A stretch of DNA of 64,000 nt. It comes from an uncultured Alphaproteobacteria bacterium. Lineage in GTDB: Bacteria; Pseudomonadota; Alphaproteobacteria; Rickettsiales; JALZUV01. The notes under the pieces were generated by a model. That model saw nothing but the letters and a program-made list of their open reading frames with translations, was not told the DNA's origin and made no database searches. Where the stretch lies: assembly GCA_963837025.1 (NCBI GenBank), contig CAWILT010000002.1:705089-769088 (forward strand), in the 5' to 3' direction. The translations under genes and the position numbers were made by a program. This document shows positions 7,198 to 18,375 of this stretch, in pieces; the first letter of the stretch is position 1, and each line of letters starts with the position of its first letter.

Positions 7198-8741
7198 ATG
7201 GTTCAACTTTTAGACAGCGCAGGTAATCCGCTGAAGGTTAGTGATACGGCGCACCGCGCGGCATCGCATCGTGCGCGGGAGCTTTCCAGCTGGCTACCGC
7301 CTTTAGGCTCTGCCGATAGTGATTTACTGGGTGAATTGCCGACGCTGGTATCTCGCTCTCGGGATTTAAGCCGTAACCATGGTGTTGCGGCTGGTGCGAT
7401 GCAAACACTCACCGATAATGTGGTTGGCACGGGCTTGCGCTTATCGGCAACGCCTGATTATCGGGCTTTAGGCAAAGATAAGAAATGGGCGGATGACTGG
7501 TCACGCGGGGTGGAATCCCTCTGGCGGGCATGGGCGGAAAGCACCGATTGTGATGCCGCCAAAAGCCTAACCTTTGCAGGAATGACGGCATTAATATTTC
7601 GCTCAAGCCTTGTGAATGGTGAAGCGCTGGCATTGCCATTATGGCTGGAAAACAGAGGCGCAAAATTCGCAACCACTATTCAGTTGGTGGAAGCGGATCG
7701 CTTATGCAATCCAAATGGCAAGCAGGATAGCAAATATCTGCGCGCTGGGATTGAGATTGATTCTTACGGCGCACCGCGTGCCTATCATATCCGCAAGAGC
7801 CATCCCGGCGATGCGTATTTGGGGTTTGGCGTTGATATAAGCGATTGGGAGCGTATTCCCTCTGTGACCCGTTTTGGTCGCCGCCGTGTTCTGCATATCC
7901 ATGATAAGGAGCGCACCGGGCAGCATCGCGGGAAGCCGCTTCTGACCTCCATCATGCCAATGTTCAAAATGCTGGATCATTACGAGCGATCCGAGCTTCA
8001 GGCGGCGGTGGTGAATGCCATGATTGCGGCCTTTATTGAAACGCCGCTGGACGGGGAAAGCATTGGCGAGATGTTTGGCGGATCGGTGGATGATTATCTC
8101 GCCGCCCGTAATGAATGGGATATTCGCTTGCAGGGCGGATCAATTATTCCGATCTTCCCCGGCGATAAAGTCGCGCCCTTTACGCCAAGCCGCCCAATAG
8201 CGGCTACGGTCAGTTTGTTGAAAATGTCCTGCGTCATATTGGTGCGGGTCTGAATATTCCGTTTGAATTGTTGATGAAGGATTTTTCCAAAACCAATTAT
8301 TCAAGCGCCCGCGCGGCACTCTTGGAGGCATGGCGATATTTCTCGGCGCAACGCCAGTGGCTTGCCACCTACTGGGCAAGGCCTGTTTATGAATTATGGC
8401 TGGAAGAAGCGATTAACAAGGGGCTCATTGAAGCCCCTGATTTTTATGAGAACAAAGCCGCATGGACACGGTGCAAATGGATTGGCCCGGTCGTGGTTGG
8501 GTTGATCCTGTCAAAGAAGCCAAAGCCGCACATCTACGGATGCAGATTGGTCTTTCCACGCTGGAAGATGAATGTGCCAGCCAAGGTCTTGGATTGGGAA
8601 GAAGTCTTGGAACAGCTTGCCCGTGAAAAAGCCAAGATCACTGAACTTGGCCTCACGATCAACGATGTGAACAGCATTTTAAACACCAACACTCAAGAAA
8701 AAGAGGATAACGATGAGAATCTGGAACCGCATAACCGGTGA
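7198..8741 (+). pseudogene. Lambda-family portal protein (gpB) carrying three frameshifts
   Basis: The portal sequence runs through ORF 7198..8253, then switches frame near 8191-8200 (...FTPSRP / NSGYGQFVENVLRHIGAGLNIPFE...). A 35-codon stretch, WIGPGRGWVDPVKEAKAAHLRMQIGLSTLEDECASQGL, is readable only in a third frame between about 8487 and 8592. That stretch resembles the lambda gpB C-terminus. Confidence 0.85.
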
Positions 8742-9921
8742 TCCGTGGGCGATCACTGAAACCGCCTTGCACACGATTTTGGAAGTGGCCGCGCGTGAAA
8801 ATGAAGCACCCGAAGCGGTTGCTGCAAAACTTGGTCGTCAATTACAAAATAGCTATAACGCTACCGAGCGTGATGGTGTAGCCATTATTCCTGTGACAGG
8901 GCCGCTCTTTCGTTACGCCAATATCTTCACGGCCATCAGCGGTGCATCCAGCTATGAGCTTATTGCGCGTGATTTTATGAGCGCCCTTGAAAACCCTCAA
9001 ATCAGTTCGATTATTTTAGATATTGATTCCCCTGGCGGTGAAGTCAACGGTGTGTCGGAGCTGGCCAGCATGATCTTTGATGCACGCGGCACAAAACCAG
9101 TTATTGCTTATGCGTCCGGTGATGCGGCGTCTGGTGCATATTGGATTGCCTCCGCTGCCGATGAAATCGTGGTATCGGAAACATCGGCGCTGGGATCAAT
9201 TGGTGTCGTTGGTATTTACCGTGGTAAAGCAGCCAAGGAATCCACTGAAACGGTAGAGATTGTCTCTTCGCAAAGCCCGCATAAACGCCTTGATCCGATG
9301 AGTGATGATGGTCGCGCCAAATTGCAAACGCGCATTGATGCTATGGCCGATGTGTTTGTGTCCACCATTGCCCGCAACCGTGATGTGACAGCCGATCATG
9401 TGCTGGAGCATTATGGTGGTGGTGATGTGATGATTGGCGCACAGGCTGTCAATGCCGGTTTGGCAGATCGCATCGGATCGCTCGAACGCCTGATCACAGA
9501 ACTTTCATCCCCGAAAACCCAAAGCCCTCCTGACGAGGGCTTTTTTAATTCAACCCAACCGAAAAAGGAGAAAAAGCCCATGAACCTTGAACAACTCAAA
9601 ACCGATCATCCTGATCTGGTTGCCTCACTGCATGCAGAAGGATCAGCCAAGGAAAAACAGCGATTGAAAGATATTCTAAGCTGCGAAGCTGCCGAAGGTC
9701 GTCAAAAGCTGGCGCAGGAAATTGCTCTGCATACTGAGATCAATGCGATGGATGCCCAGCATTTGATGAAGAGCGCCCCAAAAGATGAGCCAGAGAAATC
9801 GCAATCATCTTCCTTTGAGCAGGTGATGTCCTCCATCCCCAATCCCGAAATTGCCCCTGATGGGGATGATCACATCGCCACTGCCGACACAGTCGCCGAC
9901 CGTATCGCCTCAACCCGTTAA
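8713..9921 (+). CDS. S49 (SppA/ClpP-type) prohead protease with a C-terminal scaffold-like region (gpC-like)
   Basis: IIPVTGPLF, LDIDSPGGEV and SGDAASGAYWIASAAD motifs, plus a position directly after the portal. Confidence 0.85.
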   Translation: MRIWNRITGDPWAITETALHTILEVAARENEAPEAVAAKLGRQLQNSYNATERDGVAIIPVTGPLFRYANIFTAISGASSYELIARDFMSALENPQISSIILDIDSPGGEVNGVSELASMIFDARGTKPVIAYASGDAASGAYWIASAADEIVVSETSALGSIGVVGIYRGKAAKESTETVEIVSSQSPHKRLDPMSDDGRAKLQTRIDAMADVFVSTIARNRDVTADHVLEHYGGGDVMIGAQAVNAGLADRIGSLERLITELSSPKTQSPPDEGFFNSTQPKKEKKPMNLEQLKTDHPDLVASLHAEGSAKEKQRLKDILSCEAAEGRQKLAQEIALHTEINAMDAQHLMKSAPKDEPEKSQSSSFEQVMSSIPNPEIAPDGDDHIATADTVADRIASTR

Positions 9922-9948
9922 CCCCAACAATAAAGGAGATCCAAAACC

Positions 9949-10323
9949 ATGACACATGCTTCAGGTTTTACTGATCAGGGTGAATATAAACCCTGTAATT
10001 TACTGGCGGGGGAATATCCCCGCATTGAACGCATAATCACCATCGCTTCTGGCAGTAATCTTGCCAAAGGCGCAGTGCTGGGGCGCATTACCGCTTTGGG
10101 CAAGTTTGTCTTAAGCGCCGCTGGTGCAAGCGATGGCTCAGAAACGCCCGATGCCATTTTGGCCGAAAATATCGATGCAAGCGCCGAGGATAAACAAGCC
10201 GTTGTGTATTTCAGCGGGGAGTTTAACGAGAACGCGCTAACGCTTGGCACTGGCCATACGGTGGAGAGCATCCGCGCTGGTTTACGTTCCAAAAGCATCT
10301 TCCTTCGCTCAAACCAATCTTAA
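9949..10323 (+). CDS. Head decoration protein (gpD-like)
   Basis: 124 aa, located between the protease and the major capsid gene, with a Gly/Ala-rich beta-type sequence. Confidence 0.65.
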   Translation: MTHASGFTDQGEYKPCNLLAGEYPRIERIITIASGSNLAKGAVLGRITALGKFVLSAAGASDGSETPDAILAENIDASAEDKQAVVYFSGEFNENALTLGTGHTVESIRAGLRSKSIFLRSNQS

Positions 10324-10343
10324 CCCATAAGGAGAACACACTC

Positions 10344-11384
10344 ATGTCTGTAGATATTTTTAGCACCCATGTTCTGACCAAGGTGGTCGAACGGCTGGAT
10401 CGTCCAAGCTCATTTTTGCTGGATGTGTTTTTTGGCCAGGAACAAACCGAAGATAGCGAGGAAATCCACTTCGATATCGATAAATCAAAGCCACGTTTAA
10501 CACCTTTTGTGTCACCTTTGGTGGCGGGTAAAGTCGTGGATGATGAAGGCTATATCACCAAGAGCTTTAAACCAGCTTACGCCAAAGATAAACGCCGTTT
10601 TGATCCAAGCCGTCCGCTCAAACGCTCCATTGGTGAGAAAATCGGCGGGACATTATCCCCGCAGCAACGTCTTGAAGCAAACTTGAACCGCACGCTGACC
10701 AAGCAGCTTGAAAACCTCACTCGCCGAGAGGAAGTCATGGCGGCAGAAGCCTTACGAACTGGTAAAATCACAGTTTCTGGTGAAGATTATCCAACCGTGG
10801 TGGTTGATTTTCAGCGTGATCCTGAATTGACGGTGGCGCTGGCGGCTTCATCCCGCTGGGGTGAAACAGGCGTGAATGCGCTCAACAATCTTGAGGACTG
10901 GGTTGCCAAAGTGCAGGAAAAATCTGGCGCGGTTGCCCGCACGGTTGTGATGGACGCGCTGGCATGGCGCGTGTTTAAGGCCGACGCGTCTGTTGAGAAG
11001 CTCCTTGATATTCGCCGTCTCCGTGATAATGCGGGCATTAATCTGGGGCCGATTGCCTTTGGTCAAGGCAATGAGCTTGCCCGCTATGTCGGCTCAATCG
11101 GTGATTTAGATTTCTGGGTTTATAACGACCGTTATGTCGATGAAAGTGATCAGGTTCAAAAACTGCTTCCCGATTATACTGTATTAATCGGCAGCACGTC
11201 CCAGCTTGAAGGCACGCGTTGTTACGGTGTTATCCAAGATGAAAAAGCGGCGTATCGGGCGCAGCGTTTCTTCTCCAAATCATGGCTTGAGGAAGATCCC
11301 GCTGTGCGCTGGTTGTTGTTGCAATCTGCGCCGCTCCTTGTGCCGTACCGTCCAAACGCATCATTTTGTGCAACCGTGCGCTAA
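10344..11384 (+). CDS. Major capsid protein, gpE family
   Basis: 346 aa with N-terminus MSVDIFSTHVLTKVVERLDRPSSFLLDVFF. Size and position match lambda E. Confidence 0.85.
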   Translation: MSVDIFSTHVLTKVVERLDRPSSFLLDVFFGQEQTEDSEEIHFDIDKSKPRLTPFVSPLVAGKVVDDEGYITKSFKPAYAKDKRRFDPSRPLKRSIGEKIGGTLSPQQRLEANLNRTLTKQLENLTRREEVMAAEALRTGKITVSGEDYPTVVVDFQRDPELTVALAASSRWGETGVNALNNLEDWVAKVQEKSGAVARTVVMDALAWRVFKADASVEKLLDIRRLRDNAGINLGPIAFGQGNELARYVGSIGDLDFWVYNDRYVDESDQVQKLLPDYTVLIGSTSQLEGTRCYGVIQDEKAAYRAQRFFSKSWLEEDPAVRWLLLQSAPLLVPYRPNASFCATVR

Positions 11385-11398
11385 GGGAGGATTGAATT

Positions 11399-11773
11399 AT
11401 GAAGATAACTGCAATCATTACCCTGCATGTTGACGGTAAAGCTATTCTGCCTGGTAAATCGGTTGATATTTCTGATGAGGAGGCAACGTCACTGATTGAG
11501 CGTGGCTTTGCCAAATCAGCGGATGCATCAATTTCGACAGAGCATAAGCCTGCTCAGACCCATCAACCCGAACCCGCCATTGATGATGTGATCGAGGCAA
11601 TTGAAATCCTCAATCCAGAAACTGACTTTGCCAAAAACGGCAAGCCAAAGGTGGAGGCGATAGAGGCTGTTCTTGGTCAAAACATCTCTGCGGACACACG
11701 GGACAAGGCGTGGGAGCTTTATCAAAAAGAGCTGGAGGCTGATGGGGCATCGGGCGATGACGTTCAGGAATAG
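11399..11773 (+). CDS. Phage head-module protein, function unassigned
   Basis: 124-aa ORF with GGAGG upstream, in the neck region of the late operon. Confidence 0.5.
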   Translation: MKITAIITLHVDGKAILPGKSVDISDEEATSLIERGFAKSADASISTEHKPAQTHQPEPAIDDVIEAIEILNPETDFAKNGKPKVEAIEAVLGQNISADTRDKAWELYQKELEADGASGDDVQE

Positions 11774-12083
11774 TGCCATAAAATCGGTGGACGTGCTGTT
11801 TCATCGTTTTGGAAAAATGGCACGTCTTATCTTTGCGGATGAAACGGAAATTGAGGCAATGGTGATCCATCGTTTACCCGATAAAATCACTGATGTGTTT
11901 GATGCACGGGTACATTCAGAAACCGATATGTTTGAAGTACTCCTTGCTGATATCCCTGCGGGCAAGACGCTTCAATCTATTTTTTTGGATGATAAGCGTT
12001 ACACCATGCAAGGTGAACCAGTGAAAGATCAGCATAATCTTATTTTAAAGGTAGATGCCTATGCGGTTGAAAGCGGCGATTGA
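11757..12083 (+). CDS. Phage head-tail connector-region protein, function unassigned
   Basis: The ATG at 11757 overlaps the previous stop. The gene is collinear with the late operon. Confidence 0.45.
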   Translation: MTFRNSAIKSVDVLFHRFGKMARLIFADETEIEAMVIHRLPDKITDVFDARVHSETDMFEVLLADIPAGKTLQSIFLDDKRYTMQGEPVKDQHNLILKVDAYAVESGD

Positions 12084-12717
12084 GGGTGATCTCAAAAAAT
12101 ACATGAAGGAAGAGTATCACACGGCAGAACGCGCCGTGACGCTCGGCATTCGTGAGGCTACAAACGGTTTGAAGATGGCGATGCGTCGTCAGGTGCATTC
12201 CTCAGGTCTGGGGCAGCGTATGGCCAATACCTGGCGTGGTGATATTTACCCGCGTGGGCAAAATTCCATTCGGGCGGCGGGGCTGGTTTATACCAAAGCC
12301 AGCAAAATCATGGCGGGTTTTGATGAAGGCACAGTCATAAAATCAAAAGATGGCTGGTGGTTGGCGATCCCAACCCCCAATGCGCCAAAGCGCGGTGTCG
12401 GCGGTAAGCGGATAAATCCCTCCAACTTTCCTGAGCATCGCTATGGCAAGCTTCGTTTTGTATATCGCCGAAATGGCCCGTCATTGCTGGTGGTCGAAAA
12501 TGTGCAAGCCTCTTACAGCCGTAAAACAGGCGATATGCGTGGCTTTCGTAAAGCCAGTCAGAGAAACCTTAAAACAGGCCGTAACCTATCAACCGCTGTG
12601 ATGTTCTGGCTTGTGCCACAGGTCAAATTGCCAAAGCTGATCCGTTTCGATGAAGAAGCCAAGCGCTGGTATGACAAACTGCCAAGGCTGATTTTGAAAA
12701 ATTGGCCAGATGATTAG
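12055..12717 (+). CDS. Phage neck or tail-completion-region protein, function unassigned
   Basis: 220-aa ORF, collinear with and overlapping the previous gene. Confidence 0.45.
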   Translation: MPMRLKAAIEGDLKKYMKEEYHTAERAVTLGIREATNGLKMAMRRQVHSSGLGQRMANTWRGDIYPRGQNSIRAAGLVYTKASKIMAGFDEGTVIKSKDGWWLAIPTPNAPKRGVGGKRINPSNFPEHRYGKLRFVYRRNGPSLLVVENVQASYSRKTGDMRGFRKASQRNLKTGRNLSTAVMFWLVPQVKLPKLIRFDEEAKRWYDKLPRLILKNWPDD

Positions 12718-12729
12718 GATAAAATAAAC

Positions 12730-13164
12730 ATGACATCAAAACGAGAGCAGGCCTTAGCGGGCCTTTTTTTATGCCTGCAAAATGGAATGAGCGGCGTTGC
12801 GGTTTTAAGGAATGAGCCATTGCCCACCAAAATTCCTGCATCGGGATTGCTCATTTTGCGTGATGGCGATGCGGGAGAGCCAGAGATCACACTCTCCCCG
12901 ACACGATATCACTATGCTCATGTCGCAGAACTGGAGGTGCTGGTGCAAAAGCCAAAACCCGATGAACGTGACGCGGCATTGGATGAATTGCTGGTGGCGC
13001 TGGGTGACACGCTCGGCGCTGATCGGGCGCTCTCAGGCGCGGTGGATTACATGTCCATTGGTTCACCTGAATTTTTAACTGAAACCGTGGACGGTGCTCC
13101 CGCTATTAAGGCGGCAGTCGTGCCGATCACGCTTGAATATACAACCCTTAACCCACTTCAATAA
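12730..13164 (+). CDS. Phage tail-terminator-region protein, function unassigned
   Basis: 144-aa ORF directly upstream of the tube gene. Confidence 0.45.
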   Translation: MTSKREQALAGLFLCLQNGMSGVAVLRNEPLPTKIPASGLLILRDGDAGEPEITLSPTRYHYAHVAELEVLVQKPKPDERDAALDELLVALGDTLGADRALSGAVDYMSIGSPEFLTETVDGAPAIKAAVVPITLEYTTLNPLQ

Positions 13165-13178
13165 AGGAGAAACAAAAT

Positions 13179-14120
13179 ATGTCACGCGCTTACGGGTGGA
13201 ATGCCCGCATGTTACTTGGTTTTGAAACCACATATGGAACACCCCCAAATGCGGGGGATTTTCATGTCATCCCTTTTGTGTCCTCCGATCTGGACTCCGC
13301 GCAAGGGTTGATTGAATCCAATGTTTTGGGGCTTGGTCGTGATCCGACTGCACCGTTTCAGGATGTGATCAATGTAGATGGCGATATTGTTGTGCCAATT
13401 GATCTTCGCAATATCGGTCTATGGCTCAAAGCCATGTTTGGCGCACCAACCACCACAGGCGATGATCCCTATACCCATGAATTTAAATCTGGTGCGATTA
13501 CACTGCCCAGTATGGCGGTGGAAGTTGGCTTGCCTGAAATTCCGGACTTTCCGCTCTTCACGGGTGTGCGTGCGAACAGCATCGCGTTTAATTTTGCGAG
13601 GTCTGGTGAGGCACAAATCACCGTTGGCTTGATTGGTCAGGGGGAAACTCCACAAACTGTGACCCGTGATGCTAACCCAAACCAAACGGATTACACACGG
13701 TTTTCGCAATTCCAAGGCTCGGTCAAACAAGGCGGTCAGGCGCTGGGGAATGTCACTTCAGCGGCGCTCACTTATAGCAACAATCTGGAGCGTATCGAAA
13801 CCATCCGCGATGACGGGAAGATTGACGGTGTTGACCCGGGTGTTGCGTCCTTAAGCGGGAATATCACTGTGCGCTACGCCGATACCACATTGATGGATGC
13901 GGCGCGTGCCGGCACACCGATTGATCTAGAATTGTCTTACATCATCAATGCCAATCGTCAGCTGGTTATTGAATGTCACGAGGTTTATTTGCCGAAGCCA
14001 AAGCGCTCCATTTCGGGGCCGAATGGCATTGAAGCGTCTTACGACTATCAAGGCGCAAAAGATGCTGTGCTGGGCAACATGGTCACAATCACCCTTATCA
14101 ATGATGTGGAGACTTATTAA
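13179..14120 (+). CDS. Major tail (tube) protein
   Basis: 313 aa, placed immediately before the chaperone pair and the tape measure. GGAG lies upstream. Confidence 0.65.
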   Translation: MSRAYGWNARMLLGFETTYGTPPNAGDFHVIPFVSSDLDSAQGLIESNVLGLGRDPTAPFQDVINVDGDIVVPIDLRNIGLWLKAMFGAPTTTGDDPYTHEFKSGAITLPSMAVEVGLPEIPDFPLFTGVRANSIAFNFARSGEAQITVGLIGQGETPQTVTRDANPNQTDYTRFSQFQGSVKQGGQALGNVTSAALTYSNNLERIETIRDDGKIDGVDPGVASLSGNITVRYADTTLMDAARAGTPIDLELSYIINANRQLVIECHEVYLPKPKRSISGPNGIEASYDYQGAKDAVLGNMVTITLINDVETY

Positions 14121-14650
14121 TGTTAAAACTCAATATCCAAACCGAAGCCTATTGGCTTGATCTGGGCTTAGGCGTGAAAATTAAAGTGCGCCCATGCACC
14201 AGCCCGATTTTCTATGCCGCGCGTGCTTTTATGAACAAGCGTTTGACGGAGCTTGGCGCAGAATACCGCAAGCGTAAGGAGATCGGCGCATCGGTGGAAG
14301 ATCTACCCGATGTTGAAAACCCAGAAATCCGTGAAGCACTGGCTGAGGAATATCTGGCGCGTGGTCTTGCCCGCGCCGCCATTATTGATTGGGAAGGCAT
14401 TTTGGAATCGACAGGTGATGATAAAGCACCTGTCACTCCTGAAAAGATTGATGAGCTGATGACAGGGTTTTGGTCAATCGCTGCCAGCTTCTCCCAGCAA
14501 TACACAGGCGTTCGGGAGCTGATTGAAGCTGAAAAAAAAGACTTGAGCGCCGCGCCGAATGGCACTTCGGAGACGGCGCAGGATATTGCAGAAACTGCCC
14601 CCAAACGTGCGAAGACTGCCCGTTCGAAGTCAACAGCCCAGAAAGCTTAG
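14120..14650 (+). CDS. Tail assembly chaperone (gpG-like)
   Basis: 176 aa between the tube and tape measure genes. It contains an A8 slippery run near its 3' end. Confidence 0.7.
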   Translation: MLKLNIQTEAYWLDLGLGVKIKVRPCTSPIFYAARAFMNKRLTELGAEYRKRKEIGASVEDLPDVENPEIREALAEEYLARGLARAAIIDWEGILESTGDDKAPVTPEKIDELMTGFWSIAASFSQQYTGVRELIEAEKKDLSAAPNGTSETAQDIAETAPKRAKTARSKSTAQKA

Positions 14651-14829
14651 AGGGTTTTCAGGCATGGGATATTGCCGTTCGCATATCCCCGCAAATCAGA
14701 AACAGCTTTCCTTTATCGGAAGCCTTAAGCCTCGCATCCGCGCTGGACTATGACATGGCGGTGATGGGAGAGCTGTTGCCCGCATTATCAACCGGTATCA
14801 CAAAAGCCTTGATGGCTCATAAGGAATAA
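14120..14829 (+). CDS. gpGT-like frameshift fusion product (14120..14539 joined in the -1 frame to 14539..14829)
   Basis: The -1 frame encodes ...[57 protein letters not shown] and ends 10 nt before the tape-measure ATG. Confidence 0.55.
14533..14539 (+). promoter_or_regulatory. Slippery heptamer A_AAA_AAA for a -1 programmed ribosomal frameshift
   Basis: The zero-frame codons are GAA AAA AAA GAC. The -1 frame stays open from here to TAA at 14827-14829, past the gpG-like stop at 14650. Confidence 0.65.
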
Positions 14830-14839
14830 ACAAACCGCC

Positions 14840-17800
14840 ATGCGCTCACAAAAAAACATGTCGATCCGCCTTGCGGTGGTGGACGGGAAAAAGGTTGAGG
14901 ATACCTTTTCTCGTATCGGACGCACTGGCGAGCAGGCTTTTGAGCGTATTGAGCGTTCGACCAAGCCCGCCAGTATGGGCTTAAAAGCCGTTGATACAAC
15001 AGCGCGTGCGCTTGAATAATGTATTTCGTCAAGCAGCAGGACTTGTGGCGGCTTATGCGGGAATTTCCGGCATTATTTAACTTCTGCTGCGCTCGGTCAA
15101 TGAAACAGGTATGGCTTTTCAGGGGTTAGGCACTGCGCTGGAAACCATCACTGGCTCAAGCGCCGGTGCGCGCGCGGAAATGGCGTTTTTGGAAGAACGA
15201 ATCCGAACGACTGGGCTTAAATCTTTTAGAAACAGCAAAATCCTATATGCAGATTGCCGCTGCCGCCAAAGGCACGGAATTGGATGGCGAGCGCACACGC
15301 GATATCTTTACGGCCATTGCCGAAGCCTCGACCGTGCTTCAATTATCTGTTGATCAAACCAACGGTGCGATCAGAGCCATTGGGCAAATCATGTCCAAGG
15401 GTAAGGTTCAGGCCGAAGAATTGCGCGGACAATTGGGTGAGCGTCTTTACGGTGCATTCCAATTGGCGGCGCGCGGTATGGGCATTACCACGGCAGAGCT
15501 TGATAAAATGCTGGAACAAGGTCAGGTTATCGCCGAAGACTTCCTACCAAAATTTGCTGCGGAAATCCGTAATACATTCTCCGATGGTGTGCCTGCAGCC
15601 TCCAAAATGCGCGCGCGGAAATGAACCGCTTTAATAATTCGATTTTAGAAATTGAACGCTCTATTGCCGCATGGGTGGCTTTTTAGATGGCGTGACCGAT
15701 GGTTATCGCACCTTAACTGAAACACTCGAAGATCCTGCGGTGGTCAGGATGCCGCACGAGAGTTAGGCGAAACACTTGGCAATGCTATTGCCACAGCAGC
15801 GGAAGGCCTTGCTTTTTTAATTGAAAATGCCGATTTGGCTGTCACGGCCATTGGTGGACTGGTGATTGCCCGCACAGTTGCGGGTGCGGTTACGCTTCTT
15901 AATGCATCCATTGCTGGCAATGCAGGATTGATTTTGGACTCCACATGGCCAAAGCATTATCGACGGTTTTTGCCATTCGTCTTGTGGCGGTGGAAGCTGC
16001 AACAAAGTTGGCAACACTGGCGATGGTTGGATTTCGATCGGCCTTGATGTTGGTGGGTGGCCCCGTAGGTCTTGCTGTTTTAGCAGGTATTGCCGTTTTG
16101 AAATTCGCATCCGGTCATGACGCCGCAGCAAAAGCTGCGAGTGATCATGCAACCGAATTAAAAGAAATCAAAGAAGAACTCGGCAAAACAGCCGAAGCCG
16201 CAGCGGATTTAAGCGAGGCATTGAGTGAAAGCGAGAGTGTTTACCGTTTTACCAAGCAGTTGGAAACGGCAAAAGAAAACATCATCGATCTGCAAAAGGA
16301 ATTAAAGTTCGGTGGGATCGGCGGATTTTGGGATCAATTTAGCCGTTTTGGCAAGCCGCTCCAGAATGATCTTTACCAAATTCGCCAAGCCTTCAATCAG
16401 GGAAAGTTATCGGCGACGGAGTATTCCGAAGCCTTATTCAAACTGGCAACAAAATATCCTGATTTTGGTGAGCAAGCAGAAGAAGTCCAACAGCAGGTGT
16501 TTGCGTTATTGGCAGCAGAACGTGCCGCCAAAAAAGCCGCAGCTGCGCTGGATGAACTTGCGCAATCCAAAAACTAAGAATGCGGCTCAAGCTGCGCCGA
16601 CACCATCTGCGCCTGCGGAAGTGATCCCTGAACTATCGGACGCCGATAAAAAACGCATTACAGACCGCATCACGGAATTACACGCAGAAGAACAAGCGCT
16701 TCAGCGTTTAAATGCTGCACGTAATCAGGGTGAAGTGGCAGTACGCCGTGCCATGATTGCAAATGAGCAGGATCAGGCTTTACGTCGCTTGGGGTTAGAT
16801 GTCACCGGCGCTCAAAGTGATGAACAAAAAGAATATGCCGCGCAGATTAAATCGCTGGTGGGTGATATTTATTCTCTGCAGGAAGCGGATAAAAGTTACC
16901 AAGACACCACCCGTGAAAATAATAAGTTAGCGCAAGAACGTGAACGGCTGGTTGAAGATGTGCGTCAAAAATATGATGCGCTGGATACGTCTTTATCGGC
17001 GGCCATAAAGCGCGCAGGTGAATGGCGTAATGAGGCCTTAACAGGCCTTGATAGCACCAAGGCAGGTTATGCTGATTTTGCCGAGCAGGTTGATGCAGTT
17101 TATCAGGATATGATCGCCAAAGCCCGTGATGAGGATTTGCAAAATTCCAAAAGTTGGGAGGATGGCATTAAACGCGGATTGCAAAGCGTTATTGATGAAG
17201 CCGATGATATGGCGAGCAAGGCCGAACGCGGTGTCACCTCCATGTTCAAAAGCATGGAAGATGCGCTGGTTAGTTTTGCCACAACAGGCAAGTTGGATTT
17301 TAAATCCATGGCGGATTCCATCATCGCCGATATGGTGCGGATGCAAATCCAGTCCAGCATCACAAAACCACTGGCGGGTGCTCTGGGTGGTTTTCTTGGT
17401 GATATTGCAGGCTCAATCTTTGGTGCGCCTGCGGGCGCTGGCACTACCTCTACGGCCACCGCGCATACTGGTGGTGTGATTGGCGGTGACACTTTACGCA
17501 TGCGTTCGGTAAGTCCATCTGTGTTTGCAAATGCACCACGGTTTCACACAGGCGGCATTGTTGGCAATGAAGTGCCGATTATCGCCAAACAAGGTGAAGC
17601 CGTCTTTACGCCAGGACAAATGAAACTGCTGGGCGGTGCGTTGCAATCCAAGCCGAATGTGAATGTATCTGTGCGTGTTGAGAACAACGCTAGCAATGCT
17701 CAAGCCAGAGCCGATGTCAGCCGTGATAGCGCAGGCAATATGGACTTAAAAATCATCATCGAGGAAGTGGAAGGCAATTTATCGCGCAATATAGGTCGCG

Positions 17801-17868
17801 GTGAAGGACTAGCGCCAACGCTTGAAAGGCGTTATGGCCTCAATCCTGCTGCGGGGAGTTACAGGTAA
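14840..17868 (+). pseudogene. Tail tape measure protein, fragmented by multiple frameshifts and an in-frame stop
   Basis: A continuous TMP-like sequence can only be read by changing frame near 15015, 15190, 15607, 15672, 15745, 15940 and 16572. One of the fragments carries an in-frame TAA at 15078-15080. The TP901-type core is ...QIMSKGKVQAEELRGQLGERLYGAFQLAARGMGITTAELDKMLEQGQV... The last 1.3 kb is intact. Confidence 0.85.
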
Positions 17869-18351
17869 ATGAGTGATATCACATGGCCATCGACATTACC
17901 GTTGCCAACGGTGCAAGGCTACGGCGTTCAGCCTGGGGAAGCGATTTTACGCACCGAGATGGAGGCTGGTCTTGCCCGTCAACGTCGCCGATTTACTGAT
18001 GTGCCGACCAAGGTATCGGTACGCTGGATTATGCGGCGGGATCAATATGCCATTTTTGAAGGCTGGTATCGCTGGCATGCCCGTGAGGGGGCAAGCTGGT
18101 TTGCTATCACACTTTTGGGCGGCCTTGGTCTTTTGGAGCAAGAAGCGCGATTTACACGGCAGTTTTCATCACGGCTTTTGGCGGGTGGAACGCTTTGGGA
18201 AATCACATCGGAGCTGGAAATCCGTGAACGCCCTGTTTTGGATGAAGGGTTGCTGAACCTGCTGCTTAGTGAAGATGCTCAAGGGATTATCACGGCTGGT
18301 GATGGCTTGCATATTCTTGTGCATCAGACTTTGCCTCTTCAGCTTTATTAA
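17869..18351 (+). CDS. Phage distal-tail protein (in the gpM position), function unassigned
   Basis: 160 aa. The ATG overlaps the TMP stop (TAAATG). Confidence 0.5.
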   Translation: MSDITWPSTLPLPTVQGYGVQPGEAILRTEMEAGLARQRRRFTDVPTKVSVRWIMRRDQYAIFEGWYRWHAREGASWFAITLLGGLGLLEQEARFTRQFSSRLLAGGTLWEITSELEIRERPVLDEGLLNLLLSEDAQGIITAGDGLHILVHQTLPLQLY

Positions 18352-18375
18352 CTACTCAAACAAAAGGAAACTCTT

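Noticed and set aside
15111-16577. Several medium ORFs (15111-15353, 15166-15624, 15254-15634, 15835-16047, 15945-16577) that could be called as separate genes
   Set aside because: Their translations join into one tape-measure sequence across frame changes. They are fragments of one disrupted gene.
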